The notes beneath the pieces are model-generated. The model was not told the DNA's origin. It was given only the letters and a program-made list of their open reading frames with translations, and did no database searches. The translations under genes and the position numbers were made by a program. From contig NW_014577081.1 in the NCBI RefSeq assembly GCF_000485595.1, positions 550,732 through 614,731 of the forward strand: a stretch of 64,000 nt of DNA, in the 5' to 3' direction. Positions 1-23,783 of the stretch are shown here, piece after piece (the first letter of the stretch is position 1; every line of letters begins with the position of its first letter). The stretch comes from Priapulus caudatus (taxonomy: Eukaryota).

Positions 1-425
1 TGCGTTTTTTAAAGCAAACAAAGCGCGCCGACTAGCGAACTTCGAATTAGGAGCATTTCTAAGAAATGTTGAGCTCCCTGGGTAGTCAAACCGATTGTCG
101 AATGGCCAGAACTCCTCAATTCAGCGAAGTTGGTGCTTGCGTTCTATATGTAAACCGTGTAAGGTGATGTTGAAGGTGCAGCAAAATCGTGTAAGTGTGC
201 CGCTGGCGCGGCGTTTGCGCGCTTCGCGCGGATATCCGGGCTGCAGACTGTCAAGAGTCAGATGGAAAAAAAGGTGTAATCCAGTTCTGGTTATATTACC
301 TTCATATTTACCATTAAAGCCCCTGATTTGTCACAGTATTATTGATACAGTACGTGCATGTACTACATGCTCACTGTGATTTGAATGTGATAGAAACCAT
401 GTTAATATGTGTGGACTGCTTGCAG

Positions 426-2175
426 GTAAAGATCCTGCAGACCCTTACTTAGAAAACATGATGCAGGAAGCACCAGGAGCTATCAACTTTACCATGTTCC
501 TCACACTCTTTGGCGAGCGCCTGAACGGGACTGACCCAGAAGATGTCATCAAAAATGCATTCGCGTGTTTTGATGAGGATGGCAAAGGTATCATATATTT
601 AGTATATTATGTCTGCAGTTCCACAGTAAAGCAAGACCACATGTCAGAGGTTGTTTAGGTAGAACTAAGGCCAACATAGCTCAATAAAGCAGAGCCAAGT
701 CAATGGTACCTCATTTAACTGTTCTATTGCTGTGAGATGGCCACGTGGAAGATAGGTCCGCGCCATTTTATTGTGTCTGTACCTAACATGTTTTACCGTC
801 GTTAAATAAAGTTTTTACTTACTTACTTACTTACTAGTGAGCCTCTCAGTGCATTCTGCTTAGGTGTCGTTTGTGATAGGTTTTATACTTAGCTAATTTG
901 CATTTTTCAGGAACTGTCAATGAAGATTACTTGAGAGAGCTTCTAACTTCCATGGGAGATAGATTTTCAGATGACGATGTAAGTTGAAGGCTTTTTTTGT
1001 ACAATAAGCCTGTTATTCACAAGCACATTAGGGTATTTGAGAAAAATAGACATCTTATTTTTCCTGCCATTTGTATGCAAACCATGATTATGTTCACTAA
1101 ATAATAATACATGATCTTATCTTTGCTATAGTTGCACTATTTCATTACCTAGTGTACTACATTAATCCTGCCTTGGCTCCTCTTCATGCTCCTACACTCT
1201 TTCCCCCACCAGTGAGTATACTCATGTTTCCACTGCATAGTTGTGTATATAGTATTTTTTCCCCATTTAAATTGATAAATATTAGATATCACCTTTTTAT
1301 GCTCGATAAATAGGTATTTAAGTAGTTGTGGGCCAGCCTCTATGACTCACACTTTAGTCATAGCTTACACATTGTTTTAGAAGACCCACTGCAAATGTTT
1401 CAATTAATTTTACAGAAGGCGAGTATCAGCCTGTTGTTTGATAACCTAGCTGCTATAATGTTACTAAAAGCAACGTGTTATTATGCAGTTATAAATGTTA
1501 TACACGTGTAATGTAACATGTCTTTTGCAGGTGTTGCATGAATTAGTCAGCGAGGCTGGGCTGGGGTTGTTTTGGTGGTGTTCTGTGTAGACGGAGCGTC
1601 GCGCATATTGTGCGGCTGCATTGATGTTACAGGGAATTGGATAAGCGTGTTTTTAGGTTAGGCAGTTTCTAGGGTCACTGTGAAATGGAGGTAGGACTCG
1701 GTCTGGGAGAATGGGTACATTTGCGTGCAGGATGTATGAGTTTTGGGGGGAATATATAGGACAGAGATGTAGGAGTCAGGGGAGGATTCTGGTTCTGGGC
1801 GCGGAGGCGAGCACATGCAAGTATGCGCGTGTGCGCGTGGCTTTGTCTCTCTGTGAAAGTTGTGACTACACTGTACAAGTTATTAAAGGTTATTCCGGTT
1901 ACCACACAAGTTTTGGATTTATATCATCATTCCTGTTTACATTTTGGTGCGTGCACGTGGTGGCGTGGGGGTACAGTAATATCCCACAGTTGTGGGGACT
2001 ATGTGTAATGAAAGAGCATGTACTTCTGGAATTCGGTGACTTGCTAACAATTTGTGGACTTTCGTTACAGGTGGATGAGATTTTCAGGGAGGCTCCAATC
2101 AAGGCAGGCCACTTCAACTACGTGGAATTCACACGTATCCTCAAGCATGGTACCAAGGACAAGGACGAGGTCTAG
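426..2175 (+). CDS. Non-muscle myosin regulatory light chain (sqh/MYL9/MYL12 family), 3' coding exons 3-5
   Basis: GT-AG exons 426-587 ([54 protein letters not shown]), 911-978 ([23 protein letters not shown]) and 2071-2175 ([34 protein letters not shown]) splice in frame. The sequence is typical of an EF-hand MRLC. Confidence 0.95.
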
Positions 2176-3802
2176 ATTGAAAACACTGGTGGCCATGGTA
2201 CCTTCCATCCCCTCACCCATGCATGCATTTATTGAAACATTTTATTTACGAACCATGTCCGAAGAATGTGCATTGTGCCTTTTGAAGCAGGAACTGTCCA
2301 ATTCATATTACAACTTAAGTATCCACAGGTCCTAGTATGTATACTACATACTATTGCGTGCAGTGTTCGAAATTCGCGTCGGCCCGTCGGCCCGCGCCGA
2401 CAGTTTCGATGCCGGCCTACAGCTTCTTGATAAAACAGGCCGCGCTGATCCTACAGTTATTTAATCACGCGAAAATTTGAAACACTGAGAAACTGTTACC
2501 TGTAGAAATCTGTTCATGCATATTAACTTCCAGGGGTATTTATTTGAAAACTAATCCGTCATAAACCGTGACATACATGTAAACAATGCGTTCGCCCACT
2601 GCAATCAACGTTAGTTGGCATTCAAGAAACGTGCGTGGGATGTTCGGACGCACAGGTTTCTGAATCCAGTAGCAGTGTTGGCAAAAATCTATAAGAAGTG
2701 GGTAGAGCTTACTTTTGGCCAGTGGTAGTGAACCCTACATTGTGTTGGCCAGGGTTTATTTACATGCACGTGTCGTGCAGCACGCTCACTGTTCACGTGC
2801 GCTAGGTTGTGGAGTAATTCTCCACATCCCCGCGCATTTCACGTTAGGATGTAAACAGTAAAGTATCACTGGTAGTTATTACAAAGGATCAGTATACTGT
2901 TTTAAAATAATATTAAGAAGATTTAGGTAATATATCACGTTGAATTATACAGTAAATAATAATAATTGTCTCAAGTTGTAACACACATCTCATAATTAAG
3001 TCATTGTAGCTGCAAAGCACGTCGTATTACTAGTCATGCAAACAGCAGTACAGTCTCGTCGCACCACTCAGGTTTAACCGTGTCATATTGTTTTTAACGT
3101 TTGGAAAAACTATATACGTTTTATACAGGGTGTAGCTAATAAAAGCTTCCCTACGTAAGAGCTTGTATGTCTACAAAATACATTTACTTTGGACACACTC
3201 ACACAGACGGAATTCTCCATGCCCATCAAAAATTTCCAGTAGGAAATTTTACATAATTTTTCCCTTTTCCACCAAAAAGTGTTGCTAGTTGTAAGCTATT
3301 GGTTTCTTTTGAAGCAGGAACTGTCCAATTCATTTTTTTTTTTAATTTAAAGAAAATTGTCAATAAAATGTTTAGGGTCGCTGGGAATAAATAGGGTCGG
3401 TCGGGAAACGGTAACCACACCTATATTTTGTTTTGGCCTAAGGAGTGAAGTGCCTTTGACTCTGTGTACAACTTCCAATTTCCAACATTCCTTTCCGTCC
3501 TTTAGTGACATTTTTAACTTGTTTTCTGTGCACAAGAAAATGTTTGGACATAATCCGTGCAGCATACAGCTATTAACTAACTGCTCATACGTTCTTTTTA
3601 TAACAATACATATCTCAACCCATACACAATATTATGTAGCTCTACAGAATAGAAAAGGACAGTAAGGTAGAGCTATAGCAAAATATCATGTATATATTAA
3701 AAACTCGTGTTTTTTGCATGTTTGCATGTTGAGTTCTTAATATGTGTAATTTATTTAGATTGTAGCACTTTAACAATATAAAAACACTTATGTGCTTATT
3801 GA

Positions 3803-4024
<222 letters not shown>

Positions 4025-4954
4025 TAAAAGTATTAGGAGAGATATAAATGAGCCCCAAAAGGATGGTTATTAACGGCTATGCATTGATGTTAATCTCGTG
4101 GCCTGGTTCGGATATATAATACACAGCATACAAGCTAATGTATGTGCTTGACTATGCACTGACTGCTAATGAAACCAGTTAGTTTGTTTTACCAATATTT
4201 GAATTGTCGTTGTAGAAAAACAATCATAGAGTATATTATTAGCAAAGCAGATTTAGTACATACAATGTGGTGTTTGTGATTATGAAGTTTGTTTTGTTAG
4301 AGTGTTAGAACCCTATAAATGCCAAATAATAAAGTAATCTAAGACATTTATCTTTGCCATTCTAGCATACAATATTGAATGAATTATTTCAAACTACCAG
4401 TGTTACACAGACTGGTCCTAGATATTTGCCTCACATCAATGTTATTGAGTCAGTCTATGCTAAAAAAGTTGTGATTCACTATTGACTTATTTAATTTTTT
4501 GAATGCAGTTAAATTTTGTGAATGGTTTATTTCTGTGTGTTTTGGACTCTTAGGAGTTCTTTCCAGTTGTTATTATCACGATGCACTACTAGGTTTGATG
4601 TGATGATTGCGGATGGGCTCTAAGTGATTAGTTACACAGTTATTTGATCTTATCTGTCTTACATAAGAGTAAATTGCAAATTTGCTGCTTTTTCTATTGC
4701 GATCCACGGTGTTGATCTGTCTATTTGAACAACTTGTCTCTCTGTCGTCGATGTAGTCCCTTGGACTTTGAAGACTATTACTTACGAGGTTACAGTATAC
4801 CCTACAACCTACTAGTGACAGTGCGTCTGGAAGTGCACTGTATGTTGCTTAAGTGGTGCAGATTTTATACTGTACTGTTACTACTGTACCCCTATTATTA
4901 TAAATAGTTATGTATTTTGTTTTTCAGATTCTGATATACGTTACCACTGTCACC

Positions 4955-6904
<1,950 letters not shown>

Positions 6905-8892
6905 NNNNNNNNNNTTTATTTCTAAAAGTGTACAGTATTTGTCCCATTAAAAAGTATACTCTGAAAATCTCTAGTGGGGGCAACTGCCCCTGCTGCCCCC
7001 CTGCTGCGTACGGCCCTGCCCTCACGCATGCATGCTCTACCGCACTGCCATAGTGTGGTAACATTTTAACACACACCAGATCAGTCTGTTTCTCCCCATG
7101 AATTCCTGTAGGTAGCCACCTGTACAGGAATAAAGCTGAATGCAATGCCAAACACGCCTTAAAGCCTGGTTGACATATGATGCCGAAGATCTTTAGTTCT
7201 GGAAGCGGGCTTCTGGCGCTGCTGGGTCGTTATGATGGCCGTGATCATAGGAGACAGTTTGTTGTTGCTTTCAACACAATGAGAAATTAAGAATTTTCTA
7301 ATATTTTGGGTATCAATCATTAAGTGATCATATGTACACCAAGCTTTATTATTAGGGGATGATCTCCTTTACATAAATATTTCATCATATTAAGTCAGTG
7401 TCCATGATACCTGTTCTGTACACACAAACTTTTATCATTGGGAAGATGATGAAAAGTGAATGGAGAGTGATAGTATTCTTCTCTCCATAGCTATCATATT
7501 GAAGAAAGGATCAATTTGTAATGTGCAATGGGGTGCCATGGCTGTAAAATGGAAACAAGTGATTGGGCGGTTGCGGGTGCTGGTGCTGTCACTGTATTGT
7601 ATATGCCGGTTTTAATTAAGGTGTTTTATACTGTAGCAATAATTCTGATTTATAACCATTCCAATTTGTGCAGTTTCCCCTAGATGCCTGTTTATTGTAT
7701 TTTATCGATATCCATTTTTCTTTAGCTGCAATTAATCAACGAATTTTGTATTAATCTTCAATTGTGTGTCTATGTATATATGCAGAATGGTGATGAGGAC
7801 AGCTGTCAGACAGGTAGTTTGTTTTGGCATCAACACTTCCTTAAACGCATTTTTGTATGACTGCACTTTTTTTCGTTGTTTGCACAGAAATATTTAATGA
7901 TTGATCGCTAAAATTAGCTTTGGAGTAAATTTATAATATTGGAGAATCTCATGATTGCCCAGTCGATTACGTCTTAATCGATTATGAAATTAAAATGTAT
8001 TAAACATGTTTTCAAACGTGGTAATCTTTTCATACGATGTTTTGGTGTTTTATGCACTCTTTCTCATATGCTTTGAATGAAGGTCGGAAAAATTGGGACA
8101 CAGTTGTAATCCTGTTAGATAGTTTATTAAAAAGTTTACATGTTCTAATACCTCTGTACATAACTACGCTAGGAATCCACGAATAATAGGCGTGGGTGTG
8201 TGAACTACGTACACCCGCTGTTTTGAGCACTACCTGAATTGACACTGAAAGACATAAATCTTAAAAACAGTGGTCAAATTCAGGAATTGACAGAATTGCT
8301 CATGAATCCCAAGTTTCACTGGGGTGCAACATTTTTTAGACCCGGGCAATTAATTAAGCGTACAATTTATGGGACAATGACATGCAGAACATGTGGTTAA
8401 GATGACCAATACCATAGATTACTAATCGATTCTTGAACGATTATGATGGAACGATATTTACAGGGGTGAATAATTTTCCTCATCCACATTAAATTTTGTG
8501 TAACAGACAGCACCAACTTTTTACATCACTCGGACTTTCCCACTGCTATTAAAAGTCAGAAATATAAAACAGCAAGTTTGGAATGTGGAATAAGTTGATT
8601 GTACTCCACCAAATTATATCCATGACTTGTGAATTAAACCAATATGTATATTACAAAACCTACAAATCAAAGCAATCCATACCTCCACATCTAAGACCTA
8701 GCAATCAAACCAAGCCATAAGCAGACGTGTGAATTACACTAAACTACAAATGGCAATGCTTTGACTCGCAGTAGAATACATAACTTTTTTTCAGCATCCC
8801 AAATACATGATGAGGCCAATGACAGAATGAGTACAATTTCACAGATATCAACATGTTGGTGCTTGATTCCATGAAATGGTCCCACTGTGAAC

Positions 8893-11800
8893 TCAGCAAA
8901 ATTTCCAGCGATGGCCACACTCCAAACAGAAAACAAACGTCGTCATTGGTTCATCAGCACTCCTTGTTTGTACCTGTAACACATTCTTATTGTAAGTTTT
9001 TTTTATACACATAAAATACATGTAATAAGTTATCTATTACGACATGAGGTTGTGTAACCGAGCGTAACAGTAGAACACATACCTGGTTGTAAGTACACCT
9101 GGTTTTCCTGCAGCGGCCACACTTAAAGAGATCGGTTTCTGTTCCACCCTGTACGGACATCTGGTGATCATTTATTGCTTCCTTCGTCAACTTTTTCCTT
9201 AGATCTTTCAAATCATCACTTGCCATTTCCTATTCAGAAATAGCACCGAGTGGAAATTAATAAAAGAGTTTATGTTGTTCTTGTCTACAGCGATGCTACA
9301 ACTACCCATTTATAGGTCAATACACAAACCTAAGACTTACATCTATTATTTATTCTACTCTGTTTAACCACAAAGAAAGGCCCTCATGACAATTGTTAAT
9401 AGGGAAAATTTAAGCAATTATGTTTCTCTAAACTTACTTAAATTAACTACTATTATCAAGTTCGATTTATTATTATCAACATGCTGCCAAGACGTAACAC
9501 TCACCAATCAAAACAAACCACTCAAGCAATTACACGTCCACATATGTAACAGGCTGCAAAAACCCAACAGTATTAACTGCTTCTGGAACTGGCAGCAACT
9601 CAATACATGATACACTATACTCCGCGCAACACATTTGTACAGTGACGTGCGTAGATAACAGTGTTGTAGGTCTCGAGGCCAGTCTTGGCCTCGAGACCGT
9701 TTTCCTTGGTCTTGGCCTCGGAGTGCAATGACTCGGACTCGGACTCGGACTCGAGCCCTCCGGACTCGAGGACTCGGGTCGAGGCCACTACATACATAGT
9801 ACACAACTGTATATATTGTAAAATGCAGTTTACAAGCATTTAAAACTAAAACTCCTAGGTTTTCTAGATACTCGGCCTAATCTTGTAACGTTTTCAATGG
9901 CTCGATTAAGATTCTTGTCCCTTTGGTTTGAATCTACTGTCACTTTGTCCCTTTGCGCTTTTTCTACCACTTCAAAGGTACTAGCCAGTGAAAAAAATAC
10001 ACGAGGGCTCGGGGCGATTTAGCCCCCGAAATGCCAAAAAGAGCCCCCGGAAATTTGCATAGAGTTCAATGCAAACCAAACTTTAGAGTGCTATTTTCAT
10101 GCATGCGAGCTTAAAAAGTAGCCCCCGAAAAATAAATTTTTTCCCTGGTACTAGCACTCTCTCATTTGGTTCAACAAGCCGTGTCATTCTCGTAAAACAC
10201 AAATGAATCCGTTACTTTGACAAGTTTGGTATGACTCGTGTCTCTGTGTTTTCGGCTGACTATACACTTTCGAATGTCTACGATGCACTGTTGCGATTTT
10301 TTCCCTTTTTCCCTTTTCCGATTTTTTTCCTTTTTTCCCCGATTTTTCCCCTTTATTTTAATCAAAACTGGACTCGGACTCAGACTTGGGTGGTGTGGAC
10401 TCGGACTCGGGATTCGAGTGGCGCGGACTCGGACTCGGGGATGCGGACTCGGACTCGGACTCGGGGGGTGTGGACTCGACTACAACACTGATAATGACGA
10501 GTACACAAACCTCTGATGACATTACAGCTATTCGCTCCGGCTCTATCATGCCAACAAGAACCCGCTCTTTTAACATGGGGTTCTTCGGGTCTTTGAGATT
10601 TGCAACCCGGCTACGCACTCGTGTCTTGTATTTCATGTCAGTGTTGCCAAACTCCTTGAAGATGATGTCCTCAATCTGTGCTGCAAGATCTTCATGTGCA
10701 TAGACCACACTCTCTGGCTGAGCTGAAACAGGGAATCCCAAGTTTCTTTAACACACGAGGAACAGGTAGAAAGTCTTAAATAGGACAGTGTGAAGTTGAG
10801 TGTTTCCCTGAACACTTGAAATCGATTAGCGCACTGAGAGCAGCCAGAGTTAGCAACTGGTGAGGCACGTGTGGGTAAAGGCCAGTACTTCTGCAGTAAC
10901 TGTGTTTTAATAGTAAAAATAGCGCCGAAATCGAATGTGGCAAACTCACGATCTGATTTCAGGGCCATGGTAATCATTTCTCTGCATTTCAACCGTAGAG
11001 AATCGTTTGTCGCCTGTATGTTATCCGCCCTAAAGCTGCACTGAGCCTTCTCAGCATTGGATGCTCCATTGTTGTCTTTGCTGTCTGCTACATCTGTGTC
11101 TCGGCCATTGCTCTCCTTGGCAAGAGAGGTCAGCGAAGTTGTAGATACTGATGTCGGGAGCGAGTAGTTAGCTGGCTGCTGATTAGCTAAGACAAGAAAG
11201 TGGAATCATACAATATGTGTGCATGTAAAGAGAATGAGTAAATTACATTAAACCAGAAAATATACATACTTCCTTTAGCTCTAAACGTTACACACGCACA
11301 TGCAAGCAAGCATGCACGCACACACAAATTCACACATGCAGACACAGATAAAAATAATAAATAACTTCACAAAAGAAAGTTTAACCAATTAGCACAATTG
11401 GTTATCCCATAGCAGCTCATACATGTTACTCTATGCTTGCCCATTATTTAGATGTGTTTACATTATTATTACAGGCTCTTTGTGTATCTGAGCTGTAACT
11501 GTTGTTAAACTAATATGTCTACCTGATGAACTGGTATACATACAACCAGATAGCAGCTTCTTCCAGACCTTGATGAGTGCTTTTGCCAGAGTTCCGACAT
11601 CTTCATCCTTGCTCTGTTTCCTCAAAGAATTCACTGACATGCCGATTCGAGTTTTCTGCAAGCAACACAAAATTTCAATAAAACAACATCGAAGGTTATA
11701 TAAGATAAATTTCACGTTCAGAGTAAAACCATGAAAAAAAAATAAAAAAGAGAAACAACTAGGTGAAACGATGAGAGAGTTTATGGAAAGGAATATGAAA

Positions 11801-14800
11801 GTAGCCTGAAAAGCTAGAGACTGGGAAAGGTGAAGGTAAAAAGAAAAATGTCCGACTGCCTTTCTGACTTCCAGTGTAAAACCACTCCGGCTGCCATGTC
11901 TGCTCATAGACAATAATATTCAGGGTCCTCCCTAGGCCTTTAATTTATGTTGGGTCTAACATGCCTTCAGATCGGAAGCTAGTTTGCAATGCCTATAAAT
12001 CCGTTGACATGCCCTTATTGCCTAATCGACATGCTTTAATTTCCAGCGTTTTTCAGCTTTATTTTTTGACAATGCAAATACAGTCATGTTGTGTTCTGTA
12101 TACATCTGTAAACAGAACAAGTTTACCTGTGTATTGGCCCATTGGGGCCATTTAAGACAAGTGTAATTGACTCTAATTAGTACACCCCCCTCACCCTTAT
12201 GCACCATCCACCCATAAATGGCATACCTTCTAAACTTTTTCTAGGGGAGAACCCTATAACCTTAAACAGAAACTGCATGTTCCACCCGTACATTGCACTG
12301 TGAAAATACACATACATGGTACGTTATAGTTAGTTTATCACATTTACAAATACTTGTAACTAAGTGTTTACTTACTATGAACTCATATATGTTGAACAAA
12401 TACATTCAGATAAGTACAATTGTTTGTCATGCTGCTCACACTTTAAGAGGTAGTGTTGCCATATCTACATGCAATGTGGTAACACTTTAATGCTGCTACT
12501 AAATAAAACTAAGCCTACCATTTACATCCAGTGTATGAAGATGATATAGTAATTCCCTTACTAAACGTTATATTTTAAGTATGCCTAGTTTTACCTGCAA
12601 TACTTCCAAAGTGATGGGCATGTTTTGAAGTGCCTTCAGAAGGTCTAAAGCACCTTCCTATAAAAATAATAAAGAAATTAAAAATTAAATTGGAATTTAT
12701 ACAAGTTTTAAACATGCTCTATACAGGCGTATCTGACTGAATAGGTTATAGCATGCCAACAAGTGAAGTAACACAGTGATGACATTAACTGAAAATTCTG
12801 AAGGATATCTCAATATCTGCCCATAAATTTCCCCCATTTACCCAAAACAGAGTTTGTGTCAACTATTATGCAGGGACAGATCCTGTGGTTAGGATAACAT
12901 CTGCACGTTTGTTTGGGTAGCTCACTGATCCAGACCACGAATGGTTGATTCTGGTGCCAGGTGGCATGATAGATTTAAGAGGATTGAATAGGGCAGCATC
13001 TGAAATCGGCTACATTGCCTTCACTGCTTATAGCTAATAGTTACGAACCAATCTTTGATAGGAAACAATAACAATTCATTCGATGAAAGTTTGCTCCCTT
13101 TAGGCAGATCAGGTTTAACTCACCAAACAGTTTTATGTGAATTGTTCAATGTAAGGCTGGTTTCCAGCTCAGGTTTTATGAATAATTGATTACTAAACAA
13201 TTACAGATTAGACAAGGGTTAAAATTATTTCCACGGCCGCCATTTCCGCTACTCAATAATCACTGATCGAACCCTAACACTAACCCTAACCCCTTTGGTA
13301 TGAGACTAATGCAGATTTGAAGTCTGTAAATTATCGAATCGATGGTGGGTAATTTGAAAGTTTGCAGAACTCTATAGGCGATGCGCCCGTTTTGTCCAAA
13401 GCCCGTAAAGAGCTTTGGTCTTTTCTGCCCTTGTCTATATCCAGTGCAGTGGACACCGACAAGTACAAGAACATTCAACATGACATAACAAGAGGGGACA
13501 CCGAACAACTGTCACCACAGGCACTTGAAACGTTTCAATAAAACAAGAGCCGCAGAGCGTCTGTGCTCATCTGAGGTCTGTTGCTACGGTTATAAACGTA
13601 ACATTTAAGTCGTGCGTAGTGACACCTTTGTTAGGCGCAGATATGCAGATACGCAGTTGCGTACACATCATTTTAGCAACCTTCTGCATTCTGCATACCT
13701 CCCAAATCCCATTGGTTGATACAAACCGCGTGCCTGGAACTGTTGTGACCCTAACCCTATTAAAAAAAAAAATAATTAATTGTTGTTATTAAATTGTTGT
13801 AAATAAACAATATTTGCGTTAATTGGGAAATAATAGTTAAATGGATAAAGATAGAATAATACAGAAAACAGGTAAATAATAAAAAATCTGATGGGATTCG
13901 ATCCAAGGACCTTTGAGCCGTAATCCTGTGCTGTACCCATTGAGCTATCAGGGCATATTGGCTTTCCAGATTATGCATGTGCCATGAATGAGAACACTGT
14001 GACATCATTGAGGCAGTTAAGGAATACATGTTTAACCCTCCTCTTGAAGGTCAAAGGGTTATCAGACACTTACTCTTCGCACGTCAGTGGAAAGCACATT
14101 TCATGGTCCTTTCAATAAAGTTATAAAAATGGTAGGTCAGCGCTGAAACAAAAAAGTTTTTCACTCTGTCCATTAGGCCATGTCCTCAAAAAATGTCTGA
14201 TATCTGACCTTTCCCCCACTGCCCTTTGACCTGTGACCTCCAATTTCGCACTGGTGATGGGTTTCCTGCCCATCACACTATACACCGAATATTAAGAGCA
14301 TAGGTCGAGCCGTTAAGATTTGTGCCGCAATTCCATATTTCCTCCTATACCTGAAGTTAATGGGAAAATATTCCCCCTCTGTTCACACATCTTGACCTTT
14401 GACCCTTGACCACCAAATTTGTCATCCCGAGTCCTTTTCACGATCCACCCCCGACGTCCCGAATATCGTGACCGTACGTAGAGCGGTTAAGATTTGCGCC
14501 CAACTGTTGACGAACGGACGAACGCACGGACGGACAATCATGCTTCATGATTCTACAAGCTGCATCTGACTACGTTAGATGAGCTAAAAATATGGTAAAT
14601 AAACACGAAATGTATTTACTACCAGTCTTCTCCATTCTCTTTCACACATTATTGCCGAGAACTTCCTGTAATGCTCCTCTGCAACACACAAGTACACCAC
14701 ACGCACGTTGCTGTCCACAAACAACAAGAATAAATATTTATTCTTATTATTCTTATCAGCTCTTTATTCTCGTTGTTTGTTTATGCACAGCAGTGTGCCA

Positions 14801-15844
14801 CTGTGCGTGTGGTGTACTGGTGACAGTTTAGATACAATAATGTAACCCAACAAGAGTAGGGTTACATTATTGGGTTACATGTAAGTTGTAACACTACTCT
14901 TGCCTTGTTGGGTCACATTAATTTATTGTATCTGCTATCTAGTGGCAGTTGTGACATGTGTTGCAGAGGAGCATTTGAATGGCATTTACAAGAAGTTATC
15001 GGCAACAATAAGCAATAGAAAGTAGAGAAACTTTAAGACTTTGGCCGTAAATACATTTCGTGTTTATTTACCTTTTTTATTGAAACGTTTCAAGTGCAGT
15101 GTAACTGTCACTGTCGTGTCAGAGGTCAGTGTCACTATCACAGGCACTTGGAATGTCTCAATAAAAAAGTAAATAAACACGAAATGTATTTACTACCAAA
15201 GTCTTAATGTTTTTGTCTACTCTATGTTGCCTATTATTGCCGATAATTACACGCAAATGCCGGACAAATGCTCATATGCAACACACAAGCACACCCCACG
15301 CCCGCCCTGTGCACAAACAACATGAATAAGAGAGAGGGCTTTCTTACCTGCTCTCTTATTCATGTTGTTGTTTGTGCACAGGGCGGGCGTGCGGTGTACT
15401 TGTGTGTTGCAGATCAGCATTTGACCGGCATTTACGTGTAATTATCGGCAATAATAAGCGACATAGAGTAGAGAAACATTAAGAATTTGGTAGTAAATAC
15501 ATTTCGTGTTTATTTACCTTTTTTTTTTAGACGTTTCAAGTGCCTTTGCCTGTGCCGTGGTCACTACCGGCAGTGGTTTATAGCGAGTAAACGCAGATGA
15601 AAACTAGACCAATAAATTGTGCCCTAAAAAATTTTATATTCTGAGGTTATTTTATTATAACATCAGAATATAAAAATTTGTAGGGCACAATTTATTGGTC
15701 TAGTGAAAACGCAAGTGACAGTGGCTGTCACAACCTCATTATGCACATGTGATGTGTGTGTGTCACATAATTTACCGTATTTTTCTTTGCAACCATTTTT
15801 TCAAGCTTCTTTCCAACACGTAACACTTCTTCTTCACACCCCAT
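8893..15844 (-). CDS. TFIIS: Transcription elongation factor S-II (TFIIS, TCEA family), 7 coding exons
   Basis: Exons (-): 15776-15844 [23 protein letters not shown]; 12595-12657 [21 protein letters not shown]; about 11547-11655 [15 protein letters not shown]...WKKLLS; 10950-11186; 10511-10722 [18 protein letters not shown]; 9083-9229 EMASDDLK...[15 protein letters not shown]; 8893-8973 [26 protein letters not shown] (zinc ribbon with the acidic DE hairpin). Confidence 0.97.
9659..10490. mobile_element. Non-autonomous DNA transposon with (GGACTC)n subterminal repeats
   Basis: TIR CAGTGTTGTAG...CTACAACACTG, with GGACTC hexamer arrays near both ends. It lies in a TFIIS intron and contains a nested MITE. 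Confidence 0.7.
9986..10147. mobile_element. hAT-type MITE (nested)
   Basis: 8-bp TSD GTACTAGC (9978-9985 / 10148-10155) and CAG...CTG ends. Same family as 5074-5228. Confidence 0.82.
13516..15101. mobile_element. Foldback/palindromic MITE, copy A, interrupted by the HINE
   Basis: Left end CACAGGCACTTGAAACGTTTCAATAAAA at 13516 resumes at 14590 (GTAAATAAACACGAAATGTATTTACTACC). The inverted arm is at about 14950-15101. Confidence 0.65.
13542..14590 (-). mobile_element. Helentron-associated non-autonomous element (HINE/DINE-like)
   Basis: On the - strand it starts TTTTTAGCTCATCT..., has an inverted repeat and a (GTCC)n-like microsatellite, and ends AGATGAGC + hairpin + TTGTT. Homologous to 43849-44935. 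Confidence 0.7.
15139..15545. mobile_element. Foldback/palindromic MITE, copy B
   Basis: About 200-bp imperfect inverted arms centred near 15345, with the same termini as copies A and C. Confidence 0.75.
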
Positions 15845-16381
15845 TATAATTCTTATGCTGTAAAAATTGTATAACTTACTGCCATTAACCAAACTATGAC
15901 CAAAACCAAACGACTGAGAGTCAGAGCCCTAATGCGCATGTGCGGTGTGACGATTTTCGATGACGATTGACGGCCACCAACGCCGGCAGTCAAGGTTGGC
16001 TTCGTGTTGTGTTATTTTATGTATTTTAATGTTGAATTAAATGGAAATATGCCAAAAAATAATTAATATAACCATAGAAATGTGAAAAATTACGCTTTTA
16101 TTGACCATTGGCATTGTCAAGGTTTACAGATTTTTTTTTATCGGTTAATCAGCGCCATCTAGGGATAACCACAGGTACAACCTCACGCTAAGCTTATTCC
16201 TAGACTGGTACCCGTTCGCCATCTTCACTCCGGCTATCTATCCTTCGCTACAGCGGCTACACTACGTTAGTGTAGCCTATGGTGTAGCGTGTGGAACTCC
16301 GGGTATCAGTCTAAGCTTATTCCTTGATTTCTTGTTTATGTACGTGATTTTCCCGAGTATTTTTCAGAAACTGCATGCATC
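15845..16381. promoter_or_regulatory. Putative bidirectional promoter for TFIIS and the PRMT6-like gene
   Basis: 537 bp separate the divergent start codons (15844 on -, 16382 on +). The interval contains a CTCF-like motif at about 16150-16165. Confidence 0.6.
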
Positions 16382-23492
<7,111 letters not shown>

Positions 23493-23605
23493 ACTGAGTG
23501 CACGCTTGTGCACCTATATTTGTTTATGCTAATTTTATTCTGTGTAAGTGTGACATCTGTTTGTCTTATGTTATAAGTTATTGCATGTGGTATTCCCGTT
23601 CCATA

Positions 23606-23783
23606 CTAGGGACCTATTGTCAGAAACAAAAGTTATCTTAAAATTAGTCTGGAAATATTTTCCCGATAGACAAACAGATTATTTAAACAGATATTTTTAG
23701 ATCTTTCTGTCAACAATCGAAGAGAAAAAGTTACCGTTAAGACTAATGTTAAGACTAATTTTATTCCTGACAATGGGTCCCAG
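23606..23783. mobile_element. Short MITE
   Basis: Imperfect TIR GGGACCTATTGTCAGAAACAAAA / TTTTATTCCTGACAATGGGTCCC. Confidence 0.55.
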
